Assembly: GCF_964355755.1 (NCBI RefSeq)
Contig: NC_092671.1
Location: 496,001 to 560,000 of the forward strand
Direction of reading: 5' to 3'
Length of the DNA: 64,000 bases
Origin: Antedon mediterranea
Lineage: Eukaryota > Animalia > Echinodermata
Shown: one piece after another, positions 52,001 through 63,799 of the stretch
How positions within the stretch are numbered: position 1 is the first letter of the stretch
Layout of the letters: every line of letters starts with the position of its first letter
Made by a program: the position numbers and the translations under genes
Notes under the pieces: generated by a model
What the model was told of the DNA's origin: nothing
The model's input: the letters and a program-made list of their open reading frames with translations, nothing else
Databases searched by the model: none

Positions 52001-54788
52001 GAATGTAAATAAGAAGGAAAAAAGGATAAATAAGAAGAATGTAAATAAGAAGGAAAAAAGGTAAAATAAGGAAAAAAGGTAAATAATAAGGAAAAAAGGT
52101 AAATAAGAAGGAAAAAAGGGTAAATAAGAAGGAAAAAAAGGTAAATAAGGAAAAAAGGGTAAATAAGAAGGAAAAAAGGGTAAATAAGAAGGAAAAAAAG
52201 GTAAATAAGGAAAAAAGGTAAAATAAGGAAAAAAGGTAAATAAGAAGGAAAAAAGGTAAATAAGAAGGAAAAAGGTAAATAAGAAGAATGTAAATAAGAA
52301 GGAAAAAAGGATAAATAAGAAGAATAAGAGTAAATAAGAAAAAAAGGTAAATAAGAAGAAAAAAGGTAAATAAGACAATAAATATTGTTGCTCGCTTTTA
52401 AAGATATATTGTCCCTCTGAAAAATATTTTTTATTTCAAATTTGTTTTTGAATGTGTCATTTTATTGTCACATAATAGTTATTTACCTTAAAAAATGTAA
52501 TTTAAAGCAAAAATACTAATTGTCTGTTTTTTGAGTTATAATTAAACGTTTCTTTTCTCTTTTTATATGTGAATAAAAATTAATTTTTTGTTACAAAATG
52601 TGAAATTTCTGTTATTTTTATTCTATTATAATAATAGAATAAAAATAACAGAAATTTCACATTTTGTAGCATGGAGTAGTAGTACATAGTATCGCAGTGC
52701 GATGGGGGATTAAGAACAGCAGTGGAAGAAACAAAAGCCAATGATGATCATGGGGGTCCATATGCTCAAAACCATCATTTAGGCTAGGCTGCATACTGTG
52801 TGTTGTGAATACAGTACTCAGTACACTACTCTGAATCAGAGCCACTGAATATGGATGTATAATGTATTGAAATGATTGAAATATTGATTGAATAACGATG
52901 ATGGTTGAATTTGTAAAAAATGAAAACACCAAAAAAAGACCAGACAAACTAATTTCAAATGTAACTATGTTCATGCCATCCAATTTCTTATCTCTATGAT
53001 AACATAAATCATTAGGTATTCTTTGTATCATTAGTAACATTTTATTTTTTAAATTTATTTTGATTATTTAAAATGGTATGCATAGGCCTATGCCTAGCTA
53101 GCCTCAGTGCCTCCTTCCATCCATACGATTATGAGATTTGTTCTGCGCAATTTTTAATTTGATCAAATCAATTTTAATTGCACAAGTGACCTGGCAAGGA
53201 AATTGTGCATAACATAGTACAGTATGCCTATTTTAGACAATGGGACCTAGCTAGACTAGGCCTACACACAACCAGAGCTTCCACAGTCTATTTGATTTGA
53301 TTTGATTTATTTCGGCATCAGTACATAAAATATCACAGACATACAATTAAAATTGGCAAATATAAAAATACCAATATAAAACAAGGATGCCAAGGAAAAC
53401 TCATAAAAGTCCTCTACGGACTTGTTTCCAATGAGGTCCTTTGAAAGAACAGCAAAAAAAGACAAACAAAGCAACATAATAAAAATTACAAAAAACAGCA
53501 AAAAGGACAATCGAAAAAAGAAGAAGCGCTAATTAAATAGTTTCTAGAGCTAGTGAACGTTCCTGTAGATACTTTTTAACTTTACTTTTAAAACAACAAA
53601 CAGTTTGTGATTCCTTAATGTTAATTGGTAAATTATTCCATTCTTTAATAGCATTGTAAAAAAAGGTCACATGTGCCATTGGCTTGATAGTTGGGATTCT
53701 AAAATTAAAATTGCATCCCCTAGTATTGTAATTATGACTGTCTGAAATTCTAATAAAACGATTGCATAAATAAGGTGGACAACAATGATTATATATTTTA
53801 AAAACATGACAGACTCTAAGAAATTCGACACGGTCTTGGACTTTTAACATACCAACGTCGTTTAGCTGAGATTGACCAACATGAGATCGGGGACCTAACT
53901 TTTTTATAAAACGAACCATTTTGTTTTGAGTCGTTTGTAAATTTGATTTTAAATTTTTATTTACCGTAGAAGACCATGAGCAAACCGAATAATCGAACAT
54001 CGGTTGGATTAAAGCAAAACTAAGAATTTTGCGACAATGTGAATTAAGAAATGATGATTGTCGGTACAGAAATTTCAGTCTGCCGTTTGCTTTGTTTATA
54101 ACAGAGCGGGCAATGACGTCACCTGATACATTTTGGTCAATCTCAATACCTAGATATTTGATAGATTTTGATCCATTTATAGTCGTTCCAAAGCAATCAA
54201 TATAGAATTCGTTTACTTTGCTTAATCTACGTTTAGAACCAAACAGGATGCATTCGGTCTTACCCATATGAAGCGAAAGTTGATTGTCGATCAGCCAATT
54301 ATTGCATGATACAAGATTGTTTTGGAGTTTAGATTGGATTGCGATTGGATCTTTATGGGAGTAAAAAATTGCACAATCGTCAGCGTACAAAACAACTTTA
54401 CAATCACTTTCGATACTAGATGGTAGGTCATTCACGTAAATAAGAAACAAGAGAGGACCCAAAAGGCTACCCTGGGGGACTCCACATCCAATCTCAATAG
54501 AGTTCGATTTGGTACCTTTAATATCGACAATCTGATTTCGCCCAGACAGGTCCTAGACAGTGTCTAGGACACTAGGCTTGGCCTAGCCTCTAGGCTAGTA
54601 CTCTTACAGCGGTAGCCTAGGCCAGGCCTACTACTACTCACTAGGCCCTACTAGACTAGGAGCATCATCACCACTGACCAGCAGGGAATTCCGACCAGCA
54701 GTGACAACACATCACATCACTCCCTCTTAATTAATACGCTTGCTAGAATCTTAAACACAGGTTTTACACAAATTCCTACCTTATTCAT
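37098..54788 (-). CDS. INVS: Inversin (ankyrin repeats plus IQ motifs), 19 coding exons, about 974 aa
   Basis: Exons 54788-54780 (MNK), 48116-47930, 46550-46384 (DQFGRTPLMFCV), 46137-45964, 45698-45633, 45162-45058 (NSNIGIPDIEGKTPLHWAA), 44884-44786 (NWQDYEGRTALHLAVADG), 44584-44402, 44082-43911 (MWAAGKG), 43705-43650, 43540-43441, 43290-43239, 43091-42914, 42652-42428, 42022-41931 (IQAYFRGY..LLMKHEQLRRDAA), 41663-41154, 40837-40506, 39959-39825, 37180-37098. Total 2925 nt, in frame. The ankyrin/IQ region is collinear with vertebrate inversin as I recall it. The first and last exons are less certain. Confidence 0.93.
37277..39416. mobile_element. 2.1-kb non-autonomous DNA transposon with long imperfect TIRs in the last INVS intron
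   Basis: TTAA|GAGCCATTGTCTGTAA ... TTACAGACAATGGCTC|TTTA. Patchy inverted similarity continues for about 500 bp (aaaaatggatttct, gttgccatg, aaaaggggtgttt, ccaaagtggtgt, ctggggtaaattt). G-rich core at 38225-38550. No transposase ORF. Confidence 0.8.
39534..39759. mobile_element. Harbinger-like MITE
   Basis: taa|AGGCAAGCTTATGTCAAAACGGAACTCAACTC ... GAGTTGAGTTCCATGTCGACATAAGCACACCT|taa. Confidence 0.7.
40329..40477. mobile_element. MITE family A, copy 4
   Basis: agctctatctacactctcaaa ... gtttgatagtggagacggagctt. Confidence 0.75.
42270..42397. mobile_element. MITE family A, copy 5
   Basis: aagccctgtctacactatcaaac ... tagagtagacagagctt. Confidence 0.75.
43837..43900. mobile_element. MITE family A, copy 6 (half element)
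   Basis: aagctctgtctacactctcaaactttatgtgacaaaa ... catatatggaca, ending about 10 bp from an INVS donor. Confidence 0.65.
45215..45511 (+). mobile_element. tRNA-derived SINE with an L2-type tail
   Basis: A box TGGCGCAG, B box GGTTCGAATCC, central tccttaggaaagatacttt..tccacccaggtgtataaataggtacc (resembles conserved SINE core domains), tail gcgctatataag..(TTA)n. Confidence 0.8.
49010..52376. repeat. Purine-rich satellite of about 18-22 bp (AAGGTAAATAAGAAGGAAAAA), split by a LINE
   Basis: About 2.0 kb (49010-51034) plus about 0.4 kb (51970-52376), essentially free of C on the + strand. Source of the spurious 719-aa and 144-aa F/L/Y ORFs. Confidence 0.95.
51035..51970 (+). mobile_element. 5'-truncated L2-like LINE (RT C-terminal half)
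   Basis: Starts at DDTQIY, then WMTTNYLKLNDGKTEF..VRNLGIMLD..LQRLQNMAARIV..HITPVLMDLHWLPV..WNSLP with an open frame to 51887. Tail gcgctatataag..(TTA)n. Confidence 0.92.
53290..54549 (-). mobile_element. 5'-truncated CR1/L2-group LINE in INVS intron 1
   Basis: GCGVPQGSLLGPLLFLIYVND..LYADD..KYLG..YNAIKEWNNLP with an open frame to 53533, then a 3' UTR and an (ATCAA)n tail. Confidence 0.92.
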
Positions 54789-56929
54789 ATGTAGATGCCA
54801 TGATTATAATAGTAGAAAACTAAACATCAATACTAGAACTGTAATTTGACCGACAAATCACGAAATAGGCTAGGCTCAATACAATATAATTAATTTTAAT
54901 CCGCGATGTGTATGCTGTTGTTAAGTGTAGTTCATTCATTTAAAAGGTATTTCATACATTTTAAAATAAAATAAATAATTCATGTAAAGGCAACAACATT
55001 AAAAACTATCTATAAAATACACAAAACATAATTAGATATATCTATTATGAATTAATATCATTTTATTATATACAATGTTTTGTTTTTATATCTATTTCTG
55101 TTCGTTTGAATTAAACAATTTACCTACATAAAAGTGTTGGCGTCCAATAAAATATGAAACGCTGAAAGAGCATGGTGGATGAGGTATGGTGTACAGAAAG
55201 CGCCAACAGCAGCAATTATGACTTTTATACCATTATTAACAAACTGTATATTATTAATTTAAACAGACACAAGATAAGGCAAAAAAAATCAAAAGTACTA
55301 ACAATACAAAACAAATATTTAATATAAAATCATCAGATATCATAAAAGTTACAAAAGTAGTCTGCTCTTTGTGTCTATACAAATTTAGTAGGAAGAAACT
55401 AGAAAGGTAACTGCATATTTGGAATGTTAATATTTATTAAATGATGTTGTGTACATTCTTGCGATTTAAGGCACTATAGTTACATAAAATTACACAATTT
55501 ACATGAAATTATAATGTAATTTCACACTTGAATAACAGTCTGCAAAAGTGGCAGAAAAGTTATCATTACTATATTTTTGATATAGAAATACTTTGTACAC
55601 AACATTATTTAATTTACCATTTTTACTATATTTTTGAATATATATAAATATATTTGTACACAACATTATTTAATTTATTATAATATTTTCAAATATTTTT
55701 TTTCACATTTTTAACACTACTGACCGTGTGTATATAATATAATTTTCTTAATAGCGTATACAAACTAAATTTGTCATTTGTTCACAACTCCCCATTTCCA
55801 GTTCATCATCTTTTTAAAACAAATGCATATAAAATCTATATTTATTTGATAAATGATAGATTTTTGCATTGTAAATTGTTTTAAACATCGTTTAAATCAC
55901 TTAATATTAAGAGACCAGCTCTAAAAAATATACTATAAATCACATTATATCCTCTACATAAAAAATATGGATTTTAAATCTAAACATATTCCTTTATCAT
56001 TATATCAAACAAGGTCTCTTTAAATTTTAAAATCATATATCTAAAAAAAAGAAATGAAGGGCACCAAAAAGGAAATATAAAATATAATTGTATTAAAAAG
56101 CAGACGACTTGATCACTCCATGATTTGACACTTAAAACGTGGAATCATTTCAATGTGTAATGTGTACATTATGTCTAATAAATTAGTACTGTATGACACA
56201 TTACATTTAAACAAGTTTGATGATTCAATACTTATACCAATAATGTTTACAAAATGATTATCATCATCTAATGTTCAATTCTTAATATGTTTTTGTTTTC
56301 AAAACTTTACAGCAACTCTTTCAAAACCCAACTGCTTAAAACTGAAAGTCTTCGAGAAAAAACTTTAGGTTTAAAATGTTTCATACATGTGACAATCAGA
56401 CATTGTGTGCAAGACCAAGTTCACTGTAGTATATATAGACTGAACCAATATCAAAACATGCCTACATTTATATTATAAGCCAATATATGATTTTTTTTAT
56501 GTTAAGCATACTCAATAAAGTTTTTTTTTTATTAATAACATTTTTGTTTTCTGTCAAGCTACATTTTGAAATAGCTTCTTTCATTTAGCCTTTCCCTCTT
56601 AAATGTTATGTAATTAATTCAATTTATTGGTTATTGTATTATTATTTATTTAAGAGCACTTTATAAATGCTCAGTATTATTATATATTATTATTATTATT
56701 ATCCATATTCTTATTTTATTTTACAGTTTAATTGAATTGTATAATCTGTATATCAACCACAAATATGTTTATTAACATTTGGTTGATCGTGTACTTTTCA
56801 TCTAATTTAAATGTTTCTTGTAATTATCATTCTCTTTACTTATATTATTTGTAAAAAAGTAAAAAAATTGATATTTCAAAATTTGAATTCAGTAAAACAA
56901 ATTAGATTATGGTATGACAGATTACAGCT

Positions 56930-59900
56930 TTAATTCTCTGTGTAGGCTGGAGGAGGATCCATGGGCTGGTTACCAAGGGCAACATGTATAAGATCCGGTG
57001 GTAAGCCAGCATACTTCTCATCCAGTTGATCAATTGGCACCTTCTCATCTATACCACCTCCAATTGCTCCAATCGTTGAATAGCCTGGATTCTCCACACC
57101 AACATCACCCTCAATACCAGACTAAAAAGATAAACAAATTCTGATTAAAATAACTGTAACATCTTCATTTAAACAGATTTAAAGATATAAATAGATTCTC
57201 TACAACATTGTACCAATGACTTCTAGCAAATCAATATGATAGAACAAGTAAAATAAAATAACTGAAGTTTTAAAACTAACCACAGAATTAATATTTGCAA
57301 CATTTGGTCCTGTTCTGTAGGATACTGCACCAGTAGATTCTCTTTTCCTATAAATAAATGAATATATACATTTTAAAATCCAAAGGCAAATTACTGAAAA
57401 AATGACAATGCTGTGGGTATCAGTGGCTGGATCTCAATGGAGATACAAAAAAAAAAAAAATAAAGAGCTAAATCAAAACAATAGAGTAAAACAGCCAGAA
57501 AAAATTTTCATTTGCATTTTAAATATATTAAATTTATTTTTAAGGTAAAAAATTACACACCACAGTCAGAGTGGGAGAACAACTATCACTACTAAAAATA
57601 ATACTACCTTATTAAAACAAAATGTACTAACCTCCTTTTTAGTCTGAGTAAGACAAATAATACTATACCACAGTCAGAGTGGGAGAACAACTATCATTAC
57701 TAAAAATAATACTACCTTATTAAAACAAAATGTACTAACCTCCTTTTTAGTCTGAGTAAGACAAATAATACAATACCACAGTCAGAGTGGGAGAACAACT
57801 ATCATTACTAAAAATAATACTACCTTATTAAAACAAAATGTACTAACCTCCTTTTTAGTCTGAGTAAGACAAATAATACAATACCACAGTCAGAGTGGGA
57901 GAACAACTATCACTACTAAAAATAATACTACCTTATTAAAACAAAATGTACTAACCTCCTTTTTAGTCTGAGTAAGACAAATAATACAATACCACAGTCA
58001 GAGTGGGAGAACAACTATCACTACTAAAAATAATACTACCTTATTAAAACAAAATGTACTAACCTCCTTTTTAGTCTGAGTAAGACAAATAATACAATAC
58101 CACAGTCAGAGTGGGAGAACAACTATCACTACTAAAAATAATACTACCTTATTAAAACAAAATGTACTAACCTCCTTTTTAGTCTGAGTAAGACAAATAA
58201 TACTATACCACAGTCAGAGTGGGAGAACAACTATCATTACTAAAAATAATACTACCTTATTAAAACAAAATGTACTAACCTCCTTTTTAGTCTGAGTAAG
58301 ACAAATAATACAATACCACAGTCAGAGTGGGAGAACAACTATCACTACTAAAAATAATACTACCTTATTAAAACAAAATGTACTAACCTCCTTTTTAGTC
58401 TGAGTAAGACAAATAATACAATACCACAGTCAGAGTGGGAGAACAACTATCATTACTAAAAATAATACTACCTTATTAAAACAAAATGTACTAACCTCCT
58501 TTTTAGTCTGAGTAAGACAAATAATACAATACCACAGTCAGAGTGGGAGAACAACTATCACTACTAAAAATAATACTACCTTATTAAAACAAAATGTACT
58601 AACCTCCTTTTTAGTCTGAGTAAGACAAATAATACAATACCACAGTCAGATTGGGAGAACAACTATCATTACTAAAAATAATACTACCTTATTAAAACAA
58701 AATGTACTAACCTCCTTTTTAGTCTGAGTAAGACAAATAATACTATACAGACAATAATGATGACTGACAACGCTAAAAGACCAGCCATAATCGGTACAAG
58801 ATCTGGAAAAACAAACAAATGTGTAAAGATATGAATGTACAGAGATGTTGATGTTTGTGGAATTCTATTGAATGTGTGTATTAGTATACATGGTTCAATG
58901 AAGTGTCTTAAGTCTGTCTACACTATCAAACATTATGTGAAAAAACAATGTGATGTGCCCACATATGGACTCGATGATGTCATATTACTACCATATTTGG
59001 GTACATCACAAACAGTTTGATAGTGTAGACAGATCTTAAGACTTTGCAAAAGTTGATTACCCTTCTAGTGCTTTTTCAATTCAATTTATTGTCCCAATAT
59101 AAAGTTCCCGTATTTTTCTGCTCACATAAATAAGTATAATTTTTTTTCAAAATCATGATTTGTAATTTTTCGCTGAACTTACTAGAAACTTCATCATCCT
59201 CACCACCTGTTGATTGGGCAGAACAAAAACTCTTTTCAGATCCATCTGAACACCTAGAAAAGAGATTTATATTTATTTATTTCTATTTATTCAAATCCGA
59301 TACCAAATAAGTGTGTATCATAGAAGTGAAGGGGTGCATTAATCATTACAAGTAGACTTCTCCAATAAATATATAAATGAAAACTTGTTTGAATTGTGAA
59401 TTCACTAATATTCACCCAATACCGTACTTAGTGAAATTCCATGGTAAACATTAATAGTTTAACTTACTTGCAGAAACCGTTTTCGGTACAAACACCATCA
59501 CCACAATCACATGATGCTAAACATTATAAAATACATATGTATAAGTTTAATGTTTAATACATGATAATAATGCTAATAATAACTGTAGCTTGGTGCCAGC
59601 TTTTTAATCACATCACGCTGGGTTCAGTCTTTTAACCAAATGGCTGTTTTTTTTCATGAAAAAAAAAACAGCCATTTGATCAGAAGATATCCTAATCAAT
59701 TTGGACATTGACAGTCACAAGAAATACAAAATACTAAGCTATTTGTATCAAATATAAACTGACCCTTTTTATGTTCACAATTGGTACCATCAAAGTCGTT
59801 GGTGCAGAAGCAAGTATATCCAGACACACTTACTGTACACGTTCCACCATTCAAACAAGGTCGGCCATTGCATTCATAATATCCTACACAAATCACAAAT

Positions 59901-62900
59901 ACAAATTGATTAAATTTACATCTCCCACTACACATAAATATTACAAATTACGAACAGTGATATGCCACCACAGTGTTATTGCACAAAATAGTCAAATATA
60001 ACTTTTACTAGTTTGTGTTTTCCTGAAAATAATAATAATAGAGAGTTGTTTTGCATTCTTAACTCACACCCTTCAGATGAGAACTTAAGCAGTCTGTAAG
60101 TGTTCATTGCAAAAAAATAACATTACCCTTCTGACATGTTTTTTCATCAATAAATCCATAGCCATCTGGGCAAGCACATTGGTAGTCGAGGTCATCGCTC
60201 CCTTTAGGAATGATGAGGCAAAGATGGCTGCAGGGATGGTTGTCACATGGATTGGAAACTGAAAATACAGGATATAAGGTTTGTTAGATGTTGAATAGAA
60301 CAATTCCAAATGTATCATATCATGGAATATGTGCAAGCCAGTTATTGTGTGTCTACACTTGGCTTGTCATGTTGTAAAAAAACAACCACTATTAAATACA
60401 TATATATATATTTGACAAAATTATTTGTAAAATATTCTTAAATTTTACTATATAAAATTAGGCAAAATGCAATGGAAAGGGAACTCAAAATATGCAAATA
60501 AGATTTGAAATGAAATCAATATACAACAGTACATACATGGAGGATATCTTTCACTGTGGAACATTTTCAGGGCTGCATGTCGACCAATATCAGAAACTAA
60601 TGATTCCATTCCATTACTCTTTATCTTGTCTCCTACTAAAATGTTACCGTTATCTTTTGTAGAGCTTGTTGACCAATAAAAGTTACTTCCAAATACTTCT
60701 ATTTGGTATGGATTCAATAATGACTCTGTGAAAAAACAAAAACAATGTAATGTTTGTATGTGAATTAGTGGTTCTAGGAGGTTACAATGTCCACACGACT
60801 AGAAGTTATAAAGAAGCTGGTATTTTTTACAATAAGAAGTTATACGTGTTATAATTCTAAAAACGTCGTCTCTTTCAAATTTATACCCAAATTTAGTTTT
60901 GAAAATAATCACCTCCGCCTTTGACAGCTCTGAGATTGCTACCATCAAAGTTCATTGAGAAAATCAAATTCTCCTTGCGGTCAGAAAAATATACGGTTTG
61001 ATAGTTGGCAAAATCAATGGTCAGTCCAGTAGGCTCAATGAGATCCCTGGTTACAAGTTCTTCACGATGTTCTCCCGTCATCCAAGCTACTTCAATTTTT
61101 GGGAATTCTCCTTGATCAGTCCAATATATCAATCTACAAATATTATAATAACATTTTATGAGGGTGCTTGATGTATGAAAGAATTGGTAGTGTGGGTTAC
61201 AAATCTGTGATTTACTGTACATGCCTACTCGGTGTAATGGTATATTGAAACCTGTGTGGGTTACAAATCTGTGATTTACTGTACATGCCTACTCGGTGTA
61301 ATGGTATATTGAAACCTGTGTGGGTTACAAATCTGTGATTTACTGTACATGCCTACTCGGTGTAATGGTATATTGAAACCTGTGTGGGTTACAAATCTGT
61401 GATTTACTGTACATGCCTACTCGGTGTAATGGTATATTGAAACCTGTGTGGGTTACAAATCTGTGATTTACTGTACATGCCTACTCGGTGTAATGGTATA
61501 TTGAAACCTGTGTGGGTTACAAATCTGTGATTTACTGTACATGCCTACTCGGTGTAATGGTATATTGAAACCTGTGTGGGTTACAAATCTGTGATTTACT
61601 GTACATGCCTATTCGGTGTAATGGTATATTGAAACCTGTGTGGGTTACAAATCTGTGATTTACTGTACATGCCTACTCGGTGTAATGGTATATTGAAACC
61701 TGTGTGGGTTACAAATCTGTGATTTACTGTACATGCCTACTCGGTGTAATGGTATATTGAAACCTGTGTGGGTTACAAATCTGTGATTTACTGTACATGC
61801 CTACTCGGTGTAATGGTATATTGAAACCTGTGTGGGTTACAAATCTGTGATTTACTGTACATGCCTACTCGGTGTAATGGTATATTGAAACCTGTGTGGG
61901 TTACAAATCTGTGATTTACTGTACATGCCTACTCGGTGTAATGGTATATTGAAACCTGTGTGGGTTACAAATCTGTGATTTACTGTACATGCCTATTCGG
62001 TGTAATGGTATATTGAAACCTGTGTGGGTTACAAATCTGTGATTTACTGTACATGCCTACTCGGTGTAATGGTATATTGAAACCTGTGTGGGTTACAAAT
62101 CTGTGATTTACTGTACATGCCTACTCGGTGTAATGGTATATTGAAACCTGTGTGGGTTACAAATCTGTGATTTACTGTACATGCCTACTCGGTGTAATGG
62201 TATATTGAAACCTGTGTGGGTTACAAATCTGTGATTTACTGTACATGCCTACTCGGTGTAATGGTATATTGAAACCTGTGTGGGTTACAAATCTGTGATT
62301 TACTGTACATGCCTATTCGGTGTAATGGTATATTGAAACCTGTGTGGGTTACAAATCTGTGATTTACTGTACATGCCTACTCGGTGTAATGGTATATTGA
62401 AACCTGTGTGGGTTACAAATCTGTGATTTACTGTACATGCCTACTCGGTGTAATGGTATATTGAAACCTGTGTGGGTTACAAATCTGTGATTTACTGTAC
62501 ATGCCTACTCGGTGTAATGGTATATTGAAACCTGTGTGGGTTACAAATCTGTGATTTACTGTACATGCCTACTCGGTGTAATGGTATATTGAAACCTGTG
62601 TGGGTTACAAATCTGTGATTTACTGTACATGCCTACTCGGTGTAATGGTATATTGAAACCTGTGTGGGTTACAAATCTGTGATTTACTGTACATGCCTAC
62701 TCGGTGTAATGGTATATTGAAACCTGTGTGGGTTACAAATCTGTGATTTACTGTACATGCCTACTGTGGTGTAATGGTATATTGAAACCTGTGTGGGTTA
62801 CAAATCTGTGATTTACTGTACATGCCTACTGTGGTATAATGGTATATTGAAACCTGTGTGGGTTACAAATCTGTGATTTACTGTACATGCCTACTGTGGT

Positions 62901-63690
62901 GTAATGGTATATTGAAACCTGTGTGGGTTACAAATCTGTGATTTACTGTACATGCCTACTGTGGTGTAATGGTATATTGAAACCTGTGTGGGTTACAAAT
63001 CTGTGATTTACTGTACATGCCTACTGTGGTGTAATGGTATATTGAAACCTGTGTGGGTTACAAATCTGTGATTTACTGTACATGCCTACTGTGGTATAAT
63101 GGTATATTGAAACCTGCTCTAAAGTGAGATGTTACTTTAGGGTTCCATTTTGTTAAGAAACAATTATTTCATATGACATAAAGATATTTATTTATAATTA
63201 AAAAATTCTTGAAGTTGAAATAAGTAAATGAACTTGAGTGTTTATCTTACCCTTTTGCTGGATTCACCACAATAGAGAAAGGTTTATCAAGATCTTTGTC
63301 AATAAGAATTCTTGCATTTTGTCCATCACTATTAGCAACAGTGATACTTGGGTCGGAGGACAAAGCACGACGTCTACGTCCATCAAACAGATTTTGATCT
63401 CCCCAGTCAGTCCAGTAAATGTTTCTGAAGGAAATATTGAATTGCTTTTTCTATAAATATTTTGTGCACAAAATGTCATTTTTAAAAATAAATGTCACCC
63501 TTTGCACTAAATGTCATTGTTTGCATTAATGTCATTTTTTAATGTCATACTAACCCAGCGACCCAATCACATGTTATTCCTCTTGGTTGTTTTAAATCCC
63601 TCTGAATTTCTTGCAAAGCACCCTCATTTGAACCTCCTAATACAGCTCGTTTGATTTCAAATTCTTGTGAATCAATCCAATATACGTAAT
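56930..63690 (-). CDS. LDL-receptor family protein, LRP2/megalin-like; 3' part only (last YWTD propeller, EGF repeats, TM helix, tail)
   Basis: Exons 63690-63555 (YWID..DWVAG), 63424-63251 (IYWTDWG), 61133-60913 ([26 protein letters not shown]), 60725-60537, 60258-60127 (EGF, CSHLCL..CACP), 59883-59764 (EGF, CLNGGTC), 59516-59468, 59253-59183, 58802-58712 (TM then RLKRR), 57347-57281, 57121-56930 (ENPGY; PPPAYTEN*). The gene continues beyond 64000. Confidence 0.9.
57559..58746. repeat. 108-bp tandem repeat x11 spanning the LRP TM-exon end and splice donor
   Basis: The unit recurs at 57559, 57667 ... 58639. The last unit overlaps the exon at 58712-58746. Confidence 0.95.
58910..59037. mobile_element. 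MITE family A, copy 7
   Basis: aagtctgtctacactatcaaac ... gtttgatagtgtagacagatctt. Confidence 0.75.
61190..63116. repeat. 64-bp minisatellite, about 30 copies, filling an LRP intron
   Basis: Unit tgtgggttacaaatctgtgatttactgtacatgcctactcggtgtaatggtatattgaaacctg. The last six units are a 66-bp variant (ctactgtggt). Confidence 0.97.
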
Positions 63691-63799
63691 CTAAATTAAC
63701 AATGAAAGATTTATTATAATTAATTGATTTGTTATAATTTATTTAATGCACTGGCTTATTTCCATTGAAATTACACCAATTATTATTTATATTATAAAC

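Noticed and set aside
52399-53100. TTAA-AGATATATTGTCCC transposon-like left end
   Set aside because: No matching right terminus found.
57559-58711. 108-bp units as extra coding TM exons
   Set aside because: In-frame stops in every unit and no phase-compatible acceptor with a plausible intron length.
61190-63116. CRISPR-like look of the 64-bp and 108-bp arrays
   Set aside because: Units are contiguous with no unique spacers, there are no cas genes, and the context is a eukaryotic intron.
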